Below are positions 63,616-64,000 of a stretch of DNA of 64,000 bases, piece by piece; position 1 is the first letter of the stretch; each line of letters starts with the position of its first letter. The DNA lies in assembly GCA_964016885.1 (NCBI GenBank), contig OZ024743.1, positions 298,096,001-298,160,000 on the forward strand, given 5' to 3'. The stretch is from Eledone cirrhosa. Taxonomy: Eukaryota. A program made the position numbers and the translations under genes. The notes below the pieces were generated by a model. It was not told where the DNA came from, did not search any database, and saw only the letters and a list, made by a program, of their open reading frames with translations.

Positions 63616-64000
63616 GGTTGGCAGTGACTTCAAAGTATTGCTGGTGACTGGCTTCATTAGTGTGCCAAAGCCAGTCACGATGAGACTTCAAAGTCATTGT
63701 CAACCGTTTCATTGTAAAAATAATTTTATACTCTACTTAAATGTATTAAATATTTTTTCAGTTAATATTTGATTGTTTTTATGTATGATTGTAAATAAAA
63801 TGCATACATAACACAATATATATATACATATAGTATACACATATATATATATATATATATATATACACATTGTGCCTCAGCATGGCTTCAGTCCAATGAC
63901 TAAAACCAGTAAAAGAATTTATGAAGCATCATTAATTCATCATCATCAACATCATTATCATTTAACGATGATTTTCCACACTTGCATGGGTTACACGGGT

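Overview
AT-rich, microsatellite- and retroposon-dense eukaryotic genomic DNA. The SINE/RTE repeat style suggests an octopod cephalopod (inference, not verified). One host gene spans the window on the + strand: IQCA1/DRC11 (IQ + AAA dynein regulatory complex subunit). I traced 16 coding exons from the ATG at 6106 to 62483. All introns are GT-AG with consistent phases, giving 2107 nt (702 codons + 1 nt), and the gene continues beyond the window. An RFX X-box lies about 100 bp upstream of the ATG. Introns hold about 12 RTE-clade LINE copies of at least two young subfamilies, tRNA-derived SINEs, CR1, Penelope and CRE-clade relics, three Helitrons, and Tc1/mariner, hAT and TTAA MITEs. The most notable observations: (1) a complete sense-strand hammerhead ribozyme in intron 12; (2) a C4HC3 PHD finger inserted inside the RTE reverse transcriptase, in a family usually found at (TA)n tracts; (3) a covarying CTGTAAA-loop hairpin tandemly amplified in LINE/SINE 3' ends; (4) inverted repeat pairs bracketing exons, including an in-frame exon 6-11 circle that starts with ATG. 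TE boundaries are by eye and approximate unless a TSD or TIR is quoted.
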